Positions 13,577 through 22,953 of a DNA stretch of 32,000 nt are shown here, piece after piece (the stretch's first letter is position 1; each line of letters opens with the position of its first letter). Made by a program: the position numbers and the translations under genes. The notes under the pieces are model-generated. The model had not been told where the DNA came from, made no database searches, and saw only the letters and a list, made by a program, of their open reading frames with translations. The DNA comes from Massilicoli timonensis (GTDB lineage: Bacteria; Bacillota_I; Bacilli_A; Erysipelotrichales; Erysipelotrichaceae), in assembly GCF_900199515.1 (NCBI RefSeq), contig NZ_LT963434.1, positions 204,057 to 236,056 on the forward strand. Direction: 5' to 3'.

Positions 13577-13720
13577 ACTACGATTGGTGTCCTCAACTTG
13601 CCTCGATTTGCCCCGTTTTGCCTATTCTGTGATAAATTTAACAATCTGATGGGCGAAATAAGGGGCGGTAAATTGCGGCAAAACGGGGCAGAATACGGCA
13701 TTTTAGGAGGATTTTCAAAT

Positions 13721-14197
13721 ATGATTAAGATACTTTTCGTCTGCCACGGCAACATTTGCAGAAGTCCGATGGCAGAATTTGTTATGAAAGACCTGGTAAA
13801 AAGGGAAGGGATCGCGGATCAGTTTATGATCGCATCTGCCGCAACAAGCAGGGAAGAGATCGGTAATCCGGTTCATCCCGGTACAAAAAGGAAATTAAAA
13901 GCGCACGGCATTGCCTGTGATGGGAAATATGCCCGTCAGCTAACCAAGGAAGATGGCAAACAATATGATTATCTGATCGGTATGGAAACCTACAATTTAA
14001 CCAATATGAAACGTATTGTAGGAAGTGATGCACCGCTTTACCGTTTGCTGGATTTCAGCAAGCATCCCCGAGATATTGCCGATCCCTGGTACACCGGGAA
14101 TTTTGATTTAACGTATCGAGATATTGTAGAAGGATGCGATGCATTGCTTCAATACTTGTATGAACACAATAAGATCAATATGGAAAAGAGGAATTGA
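13721..14197 (+). CDS. Low-molecular-weight protein-tyrosine phosphatase
   Basis: MIKILFVCHGNICRSPMAE contains the CX5R(S/T) P-loop, and the DPWY acid loop is present. An AGGAGG SD (13705-13710) precedes the ATG at 13721. I reject the 249-aa form in the ORF track. Confidence 0.9.
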   Translation: MIKILFVCHGNICRSPMAEFVMKDLVKREGIADQFMIASAATSREEIGNPVHPGTKRKLKAHGIACDGKYARQLTKEDGKQYDYLIGMETYNLTNMKRIVGSDAPLYRLLDFSKHPRDIADPWYTGNFDLTYRDIVEGCDALLQYLYEHNKINMEKRN

Positions 14198-14199
14198 CT

Positions 14200-15882
14200 A
14201 TGAAATTGAAATGGCTATGGGCAGCCCTGCTCTATGGGGCATATGGATTTGCATATTTTTATGTGATGTTGCCGCCGCTGAACTGGCATGCACCGCAGTT
14301 TTGGCAGTTTTTGTTCTTTACAGTAGCGCCTTTGTTGGTAGTGGTGATCATATATGCCTTTGCAAAGGAGGGAAGCGCACGGCTTTCCCGCTTGCATAAG
14401 CACATGCATGTCGTACAAGTGGAAGAAAGAACAGGGAATTGGAAACAAGCAGGTAAAATCAGTACGATCGTGCTCGCCTGCATGATCCTTTTTCCGCTTG
14501 GATCAGCGCTTGTTACCTCACGTTTTTTCAATGCGAAGGATCATGCACAGCGTATTGATGTAAAAAACGTGGATTTCAGTGAAATTCCGGAAGTAGACTT
14601 TACCAAAACACCGATCATCGATAGAGACAGCTCTGTGCGATTAGGCGATAAAGTAATGGGGAATATGAGTGAACTGGTTTCCCAGTTTGATGTCAGTGAT
14701 GAATATACCCAGATTTCTTACCGCAACAGTGTTTACCGCGTCACTCCGTTAACTTATAATGGCATTATCAAGTATTTTCAAAACAGAGAGGAAGGTATTC
14801 CGGCCTATATTACAGTTGACAGCACCAGCGGGAAAACAGAACTGGTAAAATTAAAAGATCTCGGCTTAAAAGGAATGAAATATGTGCCAAGTGGCATGTT
14901 CAATGATAATCTGATGCGGCATTTGCGTTTCAGTTATCCAACCGAGATCTTTGGCTCGCCTTCATTTGAAATTGATGAAGACGGCCATCCATGGTATATT
15001 TGTTCCACCTATACCTATAAAGGTGTCGGAACCAGAAAGAAAGTGACCGGAGCGATCTTCTTAGATCCGATCACTGGTGAAAGCAAGAAGTATGACGCCG
15101 GCGATATACCGAAATGGGCTGATCGCGTTTATCCGGAAGCAACCGTAGTCGAAGAGTTAGATGATAACGGCAGCCTGCAGGATGGATTCTTAAATTCAGT
15201 ATTTGGGCAAAATGGGGTAACACTTACGAGTGAAGGCTACAATTACCTTGAAAAAGACGGTGATATTTGGCTGTACAGCGGCATCACTTCCGCCAACTCC
15301 GATGAATCCAATCTCGGCTTCGTATTGGTAAATTTAAGAACACATGAAGCAATGAAGATCAAGACAGCCGGTGCCAATGAAACAAGCGCAATGAAAAGCG
15401 CACAATCGGAAGTAAAAAACTACGGTTATGAATCGACTTTTCCTTTATTGATCAATGTAAAAGGAAACCCGGTTTATCTGATGTCATTAAAAGACAACGG
15501 CATTATTAAGATGTATGCGACCGTATCTGCGATCGACTACCAAAAAGTTGCCACGGTCAACAGTGATGAAGGGTTAAATGAACTACTGAAAGAAACGATC
15601 GCACTGTTAGGTGCAAGCAGTGATGATGTCGTTAATAAAGATAGCTTAGAAGAAGCGATCATTACTGTGTCTGACATTGAAAAACTGATGCTCGATGGAA
15701 CTACGATTTATTATCTTCGTGATGAAAACGGTGCAGTTTATAAGATCACATTCAGTGCTAAATATGAAAATGAGCTTGTATTCTTAACTGTTGGGAAACA
15801 ATTAAAAATCACATATATGGATCAGGAAGGCATCAAACAGATTCGTTCTTTGCAGGCGGCTGATGGAAATGAGGGTTCCTAA
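14200..15882 (+). CDS. Membrane-anchored hypothetical protein with a large extracytoplasmic domain
   Basis: The N-terminus has 3-4 hydrophobic segments (WLWAALLYGAYGFAYFYVML, FWQFLFFTVAPLLVVVIIYAF, ISTIVLACMILFPLGSALV) followed by about 440 soluble residues. The ATG at 14200 lies 2 nt after the PTP stop. I recognise no family. Confidence 0.6.
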   Translation: MKLKWLWAALLYGAYGFAYFYVMLPPLNWHAPQFWQFLFFTVAPLLVVVIIYAFAKEGSARLSRLHKHMHVVQVEERTGNWKQAGKISTIVLACMILFPLGSALVTSRFFNAKDHAQRIDVKNVDFSEIPEVDFTKTPIIDRDSSVRLGDKVMGNMSELVSQFDVSDEYTQISYRNSVYRVTPLTYNGIIKYFQNREEGIPAYITVDSTSGKTELVKLKDLGLKGMKYVPSGMFNDNLMRHLRFSYPTEIFGSPSFEIDEDGHPWYICSTYTYKGVGTRKKVTGAIFLDPITGESKKYDAGDIPKWADRVYPEATVVEELDDNGSLQDGFLNSVFGQNGVTLTSEGYNYLEKDGDIWLYSGITSANSDESNLGFVLVNLRTHEAMKIKTAGANETSAMKSAQSEVKNYGYESTFPLLINVKGNPVYLMSLKDNGIIKMYATVSAIDYQKVATVNSDEGLNELLKETIALLGASSDDVVNKDSLEEAIITVSDIEKLMLDGTTIYYLRDENGAVYKITFSAKYENELVFLTVGKQLKITYMDQEGIKQIRSLQAADGNEGS

Positions 15883-15902
15883 AATCATTTGAATAATTTA
15901 TA

Positions 15903-15962
15903 TAAAATAAAAAGGCTGTAACGGTTCATTGTTCGATCTTTGAACTGTTATGCCTTTTTTAT
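15903..15962. terminator. Bidirectional terminator between convergent genes
   Basis: An imperfect long stem pairs AAGGCTGTAACGGTTC with GAACTGTTATGCCTT. An A-run lies on the left and TTTTTT on the right. Confidence 0.65.
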
Positions 15963-16072
15963 TATACACGATCAGAATGGGGAGGAATAGGAAATCATCA
16001 ATCTCTTTTTTATCATGATATCTTTCACACATAACACACTTTACTTCGCATAATCTATGTTATGTTACAAAA

Positions 16073-17569
16073 TTATGGATGATCAAAGCTGTTTTCATAG
16101 TAAATCTGCCGGTTCTTTAACTGATCTATCAAATAAAGATAATATGCTTTCCAATTTAACGGTATCTTCTGTTCATACCATGGGTATTTTCTGCTTAAAT
16201 AGCGCAGTCCTTCTTTCGGATTACGAATGACATGCACTTGAATGGTCTTGACTGCCGATGCACCTTTGCTGTCAGTTACCGTGTAAGTGACCGGATAAAC
16301 ACCCAGCTTTTGTGTATTGACGGTTTCCGTATAACGCAACTGTTGCTTCAGATCACCATCCTCTTTATCGCTTGCCTGTACGCCCTTTAGATAATCAAAT
16401 GGCTCATACTGATAGATCGTTGCATCCTTGGCATTGATATGCGGCGGTGTATTTTCAGGCTCACGCACCGTTACATGCAATACTTTCTGATCAAATGCAC
16501 CATAGCGATCTTCAACATAATAAGTCAATTCATAATTGCCTGGATGTACATCTACATTTCCATCCTTTAAGATAACTTTATCGTCTAAATTTCCATCTTC
16601 TTTATCTGTTGCATGCACAATACTTTGAAAATCAAATTGTTTCACTTCATTTGGATAAAGTACCGGTTCATAGTCGAAATAAAGCCTCGGTGCTTCATTA
16701 TCAATATAAGTATGAATGGTAAGCGGCTTGCCACGATAGTCTACAAAGGCGCTGGCGATCCAAAGCGGTGAAATGCCATTTCCCTCCTCTACTCGCCGAA
16801 ATCCGCCTTCACAGACGCTCTCTTTCCCGCTGACGCGATAATATGTCGTATGATCGACTACTTTACGCTCATAAATATGCTGAAAGATCGCATTTTGTCT
16901 GAAATAAAGCGCATTTCCATGTGTATAAGAACAAAGATTTCCGGTCTTGTAGTATTCTTTTGCCGCACTTGGCTTTTTTCTCGCGAATACATCGCCGTAC
17001 GTTACCTGCAAGGCTGTTTCATGCAGATCAGAAACCGCTTGATAGACAAACTCCTGATCGCGGTGTGTGATCTTCTCACTGATCGGATAAAATAGACTGA
17101 TTTCTTTTCGCTTTCCGCTCTGTTTCGCTTCTATTTCCAAATGTACCTCATAATCACGATCCATACTCAGATCTTGATAAGGAATCACTCCCTGAAAACC
17201 GACATTACGAAACAGATAATTACAGGTATTTGCACTTTGATTCCATTCATTTTTTCCACACTGTCTTTTACCGACCATACGCATCAGTTCGCTTTGATCC
17301 ACATTTCTGAGTTTAAGCGCATAACTGTGTGATCGCACACCGTTTTCATAGAGCAATAATCGATAAGCATGAGTGTTTGCATCAAGAAAATGCTGCGCTT
17401 CGATCATCAGCCCCCATCCTTCGATCTCAAATCCTGTCTTTCCGCTTCGAAATGCGGTGATTTCATAAGGCATCTCATATTTGTTTGCAGCAGCGGTATC
17501 TTCCAAATAAAACAAAAAAAGAAATAACACACATAAATAAAGTGATAAAAACTGTTTCATCAGCTTCAT
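16073..17569 (-). CDS. Secreted protein with two C-terminal bacterial Ig-like (DUF5011-type) domains
   Basis: A signal peptide (MKLMKQFLSLYLCVLFLFLFYLEDTAAA) is present. Two repeats have the pattern A(T/S)DKEDG(N/D)L...YxxTYxVxDxxGA...V. The N-terminal region of about 300 aa is unassigned. I prefer the ATG at 17569 over the GTG at 17587. Confidence 0.7.
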   Translation of the reverse strand: MKLMKQFLSLYLCVLFLFLFYLEDTAAANKYEMPYEITAFRSGKTGFEIEGWGLMIEAQHFLDANTHAYRLLLYENGVRSHSYALKLRNVDQSELMRMVGKRQCGKNEWNQSANTCNYLFRNVGFQGVIPYQDLSMDRDYEVHLEIEAKQSGKRKEISLFYPISEKITHRDQEFVYQAVSDLHETALQVTYGDVFARKKPSAAKEYYKTGNLCSYTHGNALYFRQNAIFQHIYERKVVDHTTYYRVSGKESVCEGGFRRVEEGNGISPLWIASAFVDYRGKPLTIHTYIDNEAPRLYFDYEPVLYPNEVKQFDFQSIVHATDKEDGNLDDKVILKDGNVDVHPGNYELTYYVEDRYGAFDQKVLHVTVREPENTPPHINAKDATIYQYEPFDYLKGVQASDKEDGDLKQQLRYTETVNTQKLGVYPVTYTVTDSKGASAVKTIQVHVIRNPKEGLRYLSRKYPWYEQKIPLNWKAYYLYLIDQLKNRQIYYENSFDHP

Positions 17570-17625
17570 TCCTCTCACGCTCCTCACCCTGTTTTTACGT
17601 GAAAGCAGTTCTCTCTCCTAATCAT

Positions 17626-17657
17626 AAAAAAAGAAGCGCATGACAGTGCAAGGCTTC
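17626..17657 (-). terminator. Terminator downstream of hup
   Basis: On the minus strand, GAAGC..GCA/TGC..GCTTC forms an interrupted stem followed by a T7 run (plus-strand A-run 17626-17632). Confidence 0.55.
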
Positions 17658-17673
17658 CTTTATCGACATAGAT

Positions 17674-17958
17674 TTATTTTACCGCATCTTTTAACGCTTT
17701 AGCCGGCTTAAATCTAGGTGCTTTTGATGCCGCGATCGGCATTGGTTCCTTCGTCTTAGGATTGATTCCCTGACGTGCAGGACGTTCTTTCACTTCGAAT
17801 TTTCCGAAACCGCTGATATCTACTTTGCCATCGTTTGCCAATGCGTCAGAAATAGCATCAAATACAGTTTCCACTGCTGCCATTGCGTCTTTTTTCGTGA
17901 TGTCTAATTTTTCCGCAATCGCTTCAGCTAATGCTTTTTTGTTTAATGTGTTGTTCAT
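17674..17958 (-). CDS. hup: Nucleoid DNA-binding protein HU
   Basis: The 94-aa protein has the HU/IHF signature GFGKFEVKERPARQGINPKTKEPMPIAASKAPRFKPAKALKD. Confidence 0.95.
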   Translation of the reverse strand: MNNTLNKKALAEAIAEKLDITKKDAMAAVETVFDAISDALANDGKVDISGFGKFEVKERPARQGINPKTKEPMPIAASKAPRFKPAKALKDAVK

Positions 17959-18046
17959 AATACATTACCTCCAACATGCTTATATGATAACATCATAGAG
18001 ATGATATTTCAAGCGTAAGAATGAGATATATTTGTGTGAAAATGTA

Positions 18047-19525
18047 TTATAAAACAATTGCGATGACATTGCCTTTTCCTTTATTTACCAGCTTTGTCAA
18101 AATATCCTGCAGTCGTGCACGCGCTGCCTCAGGAATCATAGAAAGCTTGGCATTGAGCCCATCGCGAATTAAATCTGACAGCTTTCTGCCGAAAATATCA
18201 CTTTCCCAAATGGATTGATCATCTACGCCCGCATCTCTGAGCAGATAACGGATCAGTTCTTCACTTTGTTCCTTGCTGCCGATGATCGGTTCAAATGTGC
18301 TTTCCACATCGACCTTGATCATATGGATGCTTGGGGCAACGGCCTTTAATTTCACGCCATAGCGGCTTCCTGCTTTTACGATCTCCGGCTTTGATAAAGC
18401 AATGTCCGAAAGTGATGCACTCGCAAAGCCATATCCGGTCTGTTTTACCATTTTCAAAGCGCTGGCAACCGCATCATATTCTTTTTTGGCTTTGGCGAAA
18501 TCCTGCATCAAGGAAATCAGTTTCGCTTTATTGTTGATTTCCTCACCGATGATTTCCTTTAAGATCTGATTATAAAGACCGTTGACCATTTCGATCTCTA
18601 CACTTACACAACCGCTACCCGTGTCAATTGATGCCAGATGACTGTTTTCGATATATTCGTTTTCATTTAAGACGGTTATGATGCTTTCTACTTCCCGTAA
18701 GCGTTCGACACTTGCCATGCTGGCATCGATCGTTTCCTGAAAACTCTTTTTGAGCCAGTGTTCATCACTTAATACCGCGATCCATTCCGGCATGTCGATA
18801 TTGATCTCGGCAACCGGGAATTCATAAAGCGCTTCTCTCAATATATCATGCACATCTTGCTCGCTCATCGCATTGACTGCCATCGGCAATACCGGCACTT
18901 CATATTTTTCCTTTAGTTTTTCTACAACGGTCGCTGCTGCCGTGCCATTTGGATTGGCGCTGTTTACCACGACGATAAACGGCTTCCCGATCGTTTTTAA
19001 TTCATCGATGACTTCACTTTCCGCTTCGATATACGCTTCTCTTGACAAATCGGTAATCGTTCCATCTGTCGTAATGACAATGCCGATCGTAGAGTGATCG
19101 CTGATGACCTTTTGGGTACCGATACGTGCTGCATCATTAAAGGGGATCGGCTCATCATACCATGGCGTTCTGACCATGCGCATACCGTTTTCATCTTTAT
19201 AGCCTTTTGCTTCAGGAATGACAAAACCCACACAATCCACTAATCGCACATTGACCTTAAAGCCGTCTTCAAACTCGATCTGTGCCGCATTATTCGGCAC
19301 AAATTTCGGTTCAGTCGTCATGATCGTCTTGCCCATGCCTGCTTGCGGCAGTTCATCGATCATACGTGCTTTTTCATATTCATCCTGCACATACGGCAAG
19401 ACTGAGCGTTCCATAAAATGCTTAATGAACGTAGACTTCCCTACCCGCACCGGTCCTACGATTCCTAAGTATATGTCGCCACCGGTACGCTGTGCAATAT
19501 GTTTCAATATCTCTGGTGTATTCAT
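18047..19525 (-). CDS. spoIVA: Stage IV sporulation protein A
   Basis: The 492-aa protein has the N-terminus DIYLGIVGPVRVGKSTFIK (Walker A), and its length and C-terminus are typical of SpoIVA. Adjacency to hup matches Bacillus. Confidence 0.95.
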   Translation of the reverse strand: MNTPEILKHIAQRTGGDIYLGIVGPVRVGKSTFIKHFMERSVLPYVQDEYEKARMIDELPQAGMGKTIMTTEPKFVPNNAAQIEFEDGFKVNVRLVDCVGFVIPEAKGYKDENGMRMVRTPWYDEPIPFNDAARIGTQKVISDHSTIGIVITTDGTITDLSREAYIEAESEVIDELKTIGKPFIVVVNSANPNGTAAATVVEKLKEKYEVPVLPMAVNAMSEQDVHDILREALYEFPVAEINIDMPEWIAVLSDEHWLKKSFQETIDASMASVERLREVESIITVLNENEYIENSHLASIDTGSGCVSVEIEMVNGLYNQILKEIIGEEINNKAKLISLMQDFAKAKKEYDAVASALKMVKQTGYGFASASLSDIALSKPEIVKAGSRYGVKLKAVAPSIHMIKVDVESTFEPIIGSKEQSEELIRYLLRDAGVDDQSIWESDIFGRKLSDLIRDGLNAKLSMIPEAARARLQDILTKLVNKGKGNVIAIVL

Positions 19526-19580
19526 AACGTTCCTCCCTTATCACTTTCACTTTATGTTAAGGAATCGATAATTATGCACC

Positions 19581-19607
19581 AAAAGAAAAGGAATCCCGCG
19601 ATTCCTT
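19581..19607 (-). terminator. Terminator overlapping the malQ stop
   Basis: AAGGAATC (19588-19595), a CCGC loop and GATTCCTT (19600-19607) form the hairpin. The minus strand continues TTTTCTTTT. Confidence 0.7.
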
Positions 19608-21087
19608 AGCGTTTATAAAACAAAATCCATTCATGCAGCCATTTTAGCTCATTTTCTATCTTAGAAAGCGTTGTAAGCCGCCATTCCCAGTTTGGTGATC
19701 CGATCGTCGCAGGTACATTAAAACGAGCGTTTTTTCCTAAATGTAATAGATCCCATGCCGGTATGATCGCTGCATCTGCATGAGAAGCAAGCGTAAAACG
19801 AATCAATCCGCGTGAGATGCGCCGTTCTTTGATCTGCAAACGATTTAACATATTACGCGTATGTTTTTGCAAGGATGGCGCCAACGCCTCATACCAGCTG
19901 CGAATCGGCTCATTATCGTGCGTGCCGGTATAAATCAGCAAATGCTTTTTATCTTCTTTCAAAAAGCTGTCAGCAGTGTCGTCTAAATCAAACTGGATGA
20001 TCTTCATGCCCATCAAATGGAAATCATCTCTTAATTTCAGTGCCTGCTTTCTTAATATGCCGAGATCCTCGACAACGATCTGTATATCGGGAAGCTGCTG
20101 AAATACATTTCTGAAAAAATCATGCCGCGGACCTAGCTCCCATTTTCCTTCGATTGCTGTTTGGCAGGAAGCAGGTATTTTCCAATAGTCATCAAAGGCG
20201 CGGAAATGATCGATCCGAATGATATGATACAGCATTTGATTCCAGTACAGACGATTGATCCAAAAATCATAATGGTGTTTTTTTAAGGCTTTCCAGTTAT
20301 AGATCGGATTGCCCCAGCGCTGTCCCTGTGCGGAAAAGTAATCCGGCGGCACCCCAGCGACAAAGCGCGGACGTCCTTTTTTATCCAGCAGGAAATAACT
20401 GCGATGCTCCCAGACATCCGCACTGTCCAACCCTAAATAGATCGGTATGTCCCCCATGATGGAAACACCTTTTTCTTCGGCGTAGCGCTTTAACTGCCGC
20501 CACTGTCTGAAAAAAAGATACTGCACAAAATAATGATACCGCTTTTCCGTTTCCAGCATGCTTTGATCATAGTTTTGATCAAGCAGTGCGTCCCGATCCT
20601 CCCTTTGCCAATCCACCCAGCTAACATCCCCATATTGCGCGCGGATCGCCATAAACAAGGCATAATGCGGAAGCCAGAAAGCAAGTTTCAAAAAATCCTG
20701 ATAGTCTTGCCTTTGATCCAGCTTCTTATGATAAAAGATGCGGCATGCTTTTTGCAATGCTTCCCGTTTTGTCTTTTTTACAGCCGGATAATCGACTCGA
20801 TCGTTTTGCTTTCCTTTCTTTCTGCTGTATTTTTGCGGCAGCAATCCTTCTTTTACTAGCATCGGCAAGGAGATATAGATTTCATCTCCCGCAAAAGAAG
20901 AACAGGACTGATAGGGAGAATTACCATATCCAAGTGGATTCAGCGGTAAAATCTGCCATATCTTTACACCGTTTTCATGAAGCAGATCGATCCATTGATA
21001 TGCATGCTCACCACAATCACCGATACCATGTGTCCCCGGCAATGACGAAAGCGGCAACAGCACCCCTGTTTTACGATTCATATGCAT
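19606..21087 (-). CDS. malQ: 4-alpha-glucanotransferase (amylomaltase)
   Basis: MHMNRKTGVLLPLSSLPGTHGIGDCGE is the typical MalQ N-terminus. About 493 aa are read from the ATG at 21087, which has a purine-rich SD. The 572-aa ORF-track form would overlap prfC and adds non-homologous residues. Confidence 0.9.
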   Translation of the reverse strand: MHMNRKTGVLLPLSSLPGTHGIGDCGEHAYQWIDLLHENGVKIWQILPLNPLGYGNSPYQSCSSFAGDEIYISLPMLVKEGLLPQKYSRKKGKQNDRVDYPAVKKTKREALQKACRIFYHKKLDQRQDYQDFLKLAFWLPHYALFMAIRAQYGDVSWVDWQREDRDALLDQNYDQSMLETEKRYHYFVQYLFFRQWRQLKRYAEEKGVSIMGDIPIYLGLDSADVWEHRSYFLLDKKGRPRFVAGVPPDYFSAQGQRWGNPIYNWKALKKHHYDFWINRLYWNQMLYHIIRIDHFRAFDDYWKIPASCQTAIEGKWELGPRHDFFRNVFQQLPDIQIVVEDLGILRKQALKLRDDFHLMGMKIIQFDLDDTADSFLKEDKKHLLIYTGTHDNEPIRSWYEALAPSLQKHTRNMLNRLQIKERRISRGLIRFTLASHADAAIIPAWDLLHLGKNARFNVPATIGSPNWEWRLTTLSKIENELKWLHEWILFYKR

Positions 21088-21266
21088 CAAGCCCCTTTTT
21101 ATTAAAATATGCGTTTTCATTATAACAAACCACTGGTAAAATAGAAAGAAAAGAGTCATCAAAAAACAGCAATCTATAAAAGCGTTTCTAACGGCTGTTA
21201 CTTTCCATCTTGTCCATGATCCGCGAAAAAAGCATTCTGCTTTCACTGCAAAATGCTTTCTTGCTT

Positions 21267-22853
21267 TTATTCCACCGTTCCGATATCGGTCAAGATCAAT
21301 CCTTGGTTTTGTTCCAATGCCCATTTAATGCCCCAGTTATTAGCGAAGATAATCAAATTTCTGCCCTTGAGATCTTTGACCCGCTTTGACTCTGAAGTCA
21401 GATTTAAGGCATTGGGATCGATTTCTTCATTTTCGATCCAGCGAACACATTGATAAGGCAATAGATCCAGTTTGATATCTACATTGTATTCACTCTTCAA
21501 ACGCTGTTCCAGCACATCAAACTGCAATACACCGACGCCGCCGACGATGATTTCTTCCATACCGATGTTGATTTCCTGAAACACCTGGATCGCTCCTTCT
21601 TGTGCGATCTGCGTGATCCCCTTCAAAAATTGTTTTCGCTTCATCGTATCTTTTTGCTGAACACGGGCAAAGTGTTCAGGTGCAAAGGTCGGGATCTTAT
21701 CAAATGCAAATGGTTTACCGGTGCATAACGTATCGCCGATCGCAAAGATACCCGGATCGAATACGCCGATGACATCTCCCGCATAAGCTGTTTCCACAAT
21801 TTCGCGATTGTCAGCCATGAACTGCTGCGGCTGCGCCAGTTTGATCTTGCGGTTCGCTTGCACATGGGTCACTTCCATTCCTTTTTCAAACTTCCCGGAA
21901 CAGATGCGCAGAAAAGCGATGCGGTCGCGGTGCGCCTTGTTCATATTTGCCTGAATCTTAAAGACGAACGCAGAGAAATGATCATCAGTCGGCTCGATCT
22001 CAACATCTCCGGCATATCTTGACAAAGGGGATGTCGTCATCGCCAAGAAATGGGAAAGAAAGGGTTCTACGCCGAAATTAGTGAGCGCCGAACCGAAGAA
22101 AACAGGCGTCAATCTGCCGTTTTGGACTTTATCTGCTTCAAAAACCGTACTGGCGATATCCAGCAATTCCACATCTTCCATCAACTGTTCATAGAAGTCA
22201 TCACCTAACAAGCTTCTGAATTTTTCATCTTGTAGATCACCAGCCACTTTTTCCACTTCTCTTTGTCCGTGCTGTCCGCCGGCAAAGCATAAAATCTGTT
22301 TATGATCGCGCTCGTAAACCCCTTTGAAATCCTTGCCGGAGCCGATCGGCCAGTTCATCGCATACGTGCTGATACCGAGTTCCTTCTCAATATGCTCTAA
22401 CAGTGCAAAGGGGTTCATCGCTGCCCGGTCCATTTTATTGATAAAGGTAAATACCGGAATATGACGCAGCAGACAGACCTTAAACAGTTTTTTCGTCTGC
22501 GCCTCTACTCCCTTGCTCGCATCGATTACCATGACCGCGGAATCGGCAGCCATTAGCGTACGGTAAGTATCTTCCGAGAAATCCTGATGTCCCGGTGTAT
22601 CCAAAATATTGATGCAGTAATTGTCGTATTCAAACTGCATGACCGAGCTGGTTACCGAAATTCCACGCTGTCTTTCGATCTCCATCCAGTCAGACACCGC
22701 ATGCTTGCTGTTTTTTCGCCCCTTTACCGTACCGGCAGATAAAATAGCGCCGCCGTAAAGCAGCAGTTTTTCAGTCAGCGTCGTTTTGCCGGCATCGGGA
22801 TGGGAGATGATCGCAAAAGTACGCCTGCGTTTGATTTCATCCTGTGTATTCAT
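21267..22853 (-). CDS. prfC: Peptide chain release factor 3
   Basis: The 528-aa translational GTPase has RRRTFAIISHPDAGKTTLTEKLLL and a DTPGHQDF motif. Confidence 0.95.
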   Translation of the reverse strand: MNTQDEIKRRRTFAIISHPDAGKTTLTEKLLLYGGAILSAGTVKGRKNSKHAVSDWMEIERQRGISVTSSVMQFEYDNYCINILDTPGHQDFSEDTYRTLMAADSAVMVIDASKGVEAQTKKLFKVCLLRHIPVFTFINKMDRAAMNPFALLEHIEKELGISTYAMNWPIGSGKDFKGVYERDHKQILCFAGGQHGQREVEKVAGDLQDEKFRSLLGDDFYEQLMEDVELLDIASTVFEADKVQNGRLTPVFFGSALTNFGVEPFLSHFLAMTTSPLSRYAGDVEIEPTDDHFSAFVFKIQANMNKAHRDRIAFLRICSGKFEKGMEVTHVQANRKIKLAQPQQFMADNREIVETAYAGDVIGVFDPGIFAIGDTLCTGKPFAFDKIPTFAPEHFARVQQKDTMKRKQFLKGITQIAQEGAIQVFQEINIGMEEIIVGGVGVLQFDVLEQRLKSEYNVDIKLDLLPYQCVRWIENEEIDPNALNLTSESKRVKDLKGRNLIIFANNWGIKWALEQNQGLILTDIGTVE

Positions 22854-22900
22854 CTTGATTCAATCCTTTCATGTATTGATTTATAAAACGATCGTCTTGT

Positions 22901-22936
22901 CAAAAAAGACATATGCTGATTCATTATAGCATATGT
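22901..22936 (-). terminator. Hairpin plus T-run in the prfC upstream region
   Basis: A perfect 10-bp stem pairs GACATATGCT (22908-22917) with AGCATATGTC (22927-22936). The minus strand then continues TTTTTTG. Confidence 0.6.
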
Positions 22937-22953
22937 CCTTTCTAAATACCATC

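Larger units (their letters stand above)
2235..13700. mobile_element. Accessory island (about 11.5 kb) with remnants of a conjugative-transposon regulatory module and no recombinase gene
   Basis: Housekeeping genes flank the region. Inside are Fic, a DinJ-like antitoxin, an XRE repressor, a sigma-70-like protein plus HTH pair, cargo operons and pseudogenes. Hand-counted 60-nt samples give about 43% GC in the host (18601-18660), 47-55% in the cargo operon (6961-7020, 9361-9420) and 27-30% in the DUF3800-like gene (11881-11940, 12361-12420). The boundaries are approximate. Confidence 0.5.

Noticed and set aside
13385-13720. A possible riboswitch or other known cis-regulatory RNA upstream of the LMW-PTP
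   Set aside because: I could not match the sequence to any riboswitch consensus I remember (preQ1, fluoride, and guanidine classes were considered). It is reported only as an unexplained inverted repeat.
19606-21324. Extended N-termini in the ORF track: malQ 572 aa, gpsA 393 aa (25364-26545), LMW-PTP 249 aa (13448-14197), MDR reductase from 6498, DUF3800-like gene from 11861, peptide from 5247
   Set aside because: In each case the extension overlaps a neighbouring gene or intergenic DNA and adds non-homologous residues. An internal ATG with a proper SD begins the recognisable protein.
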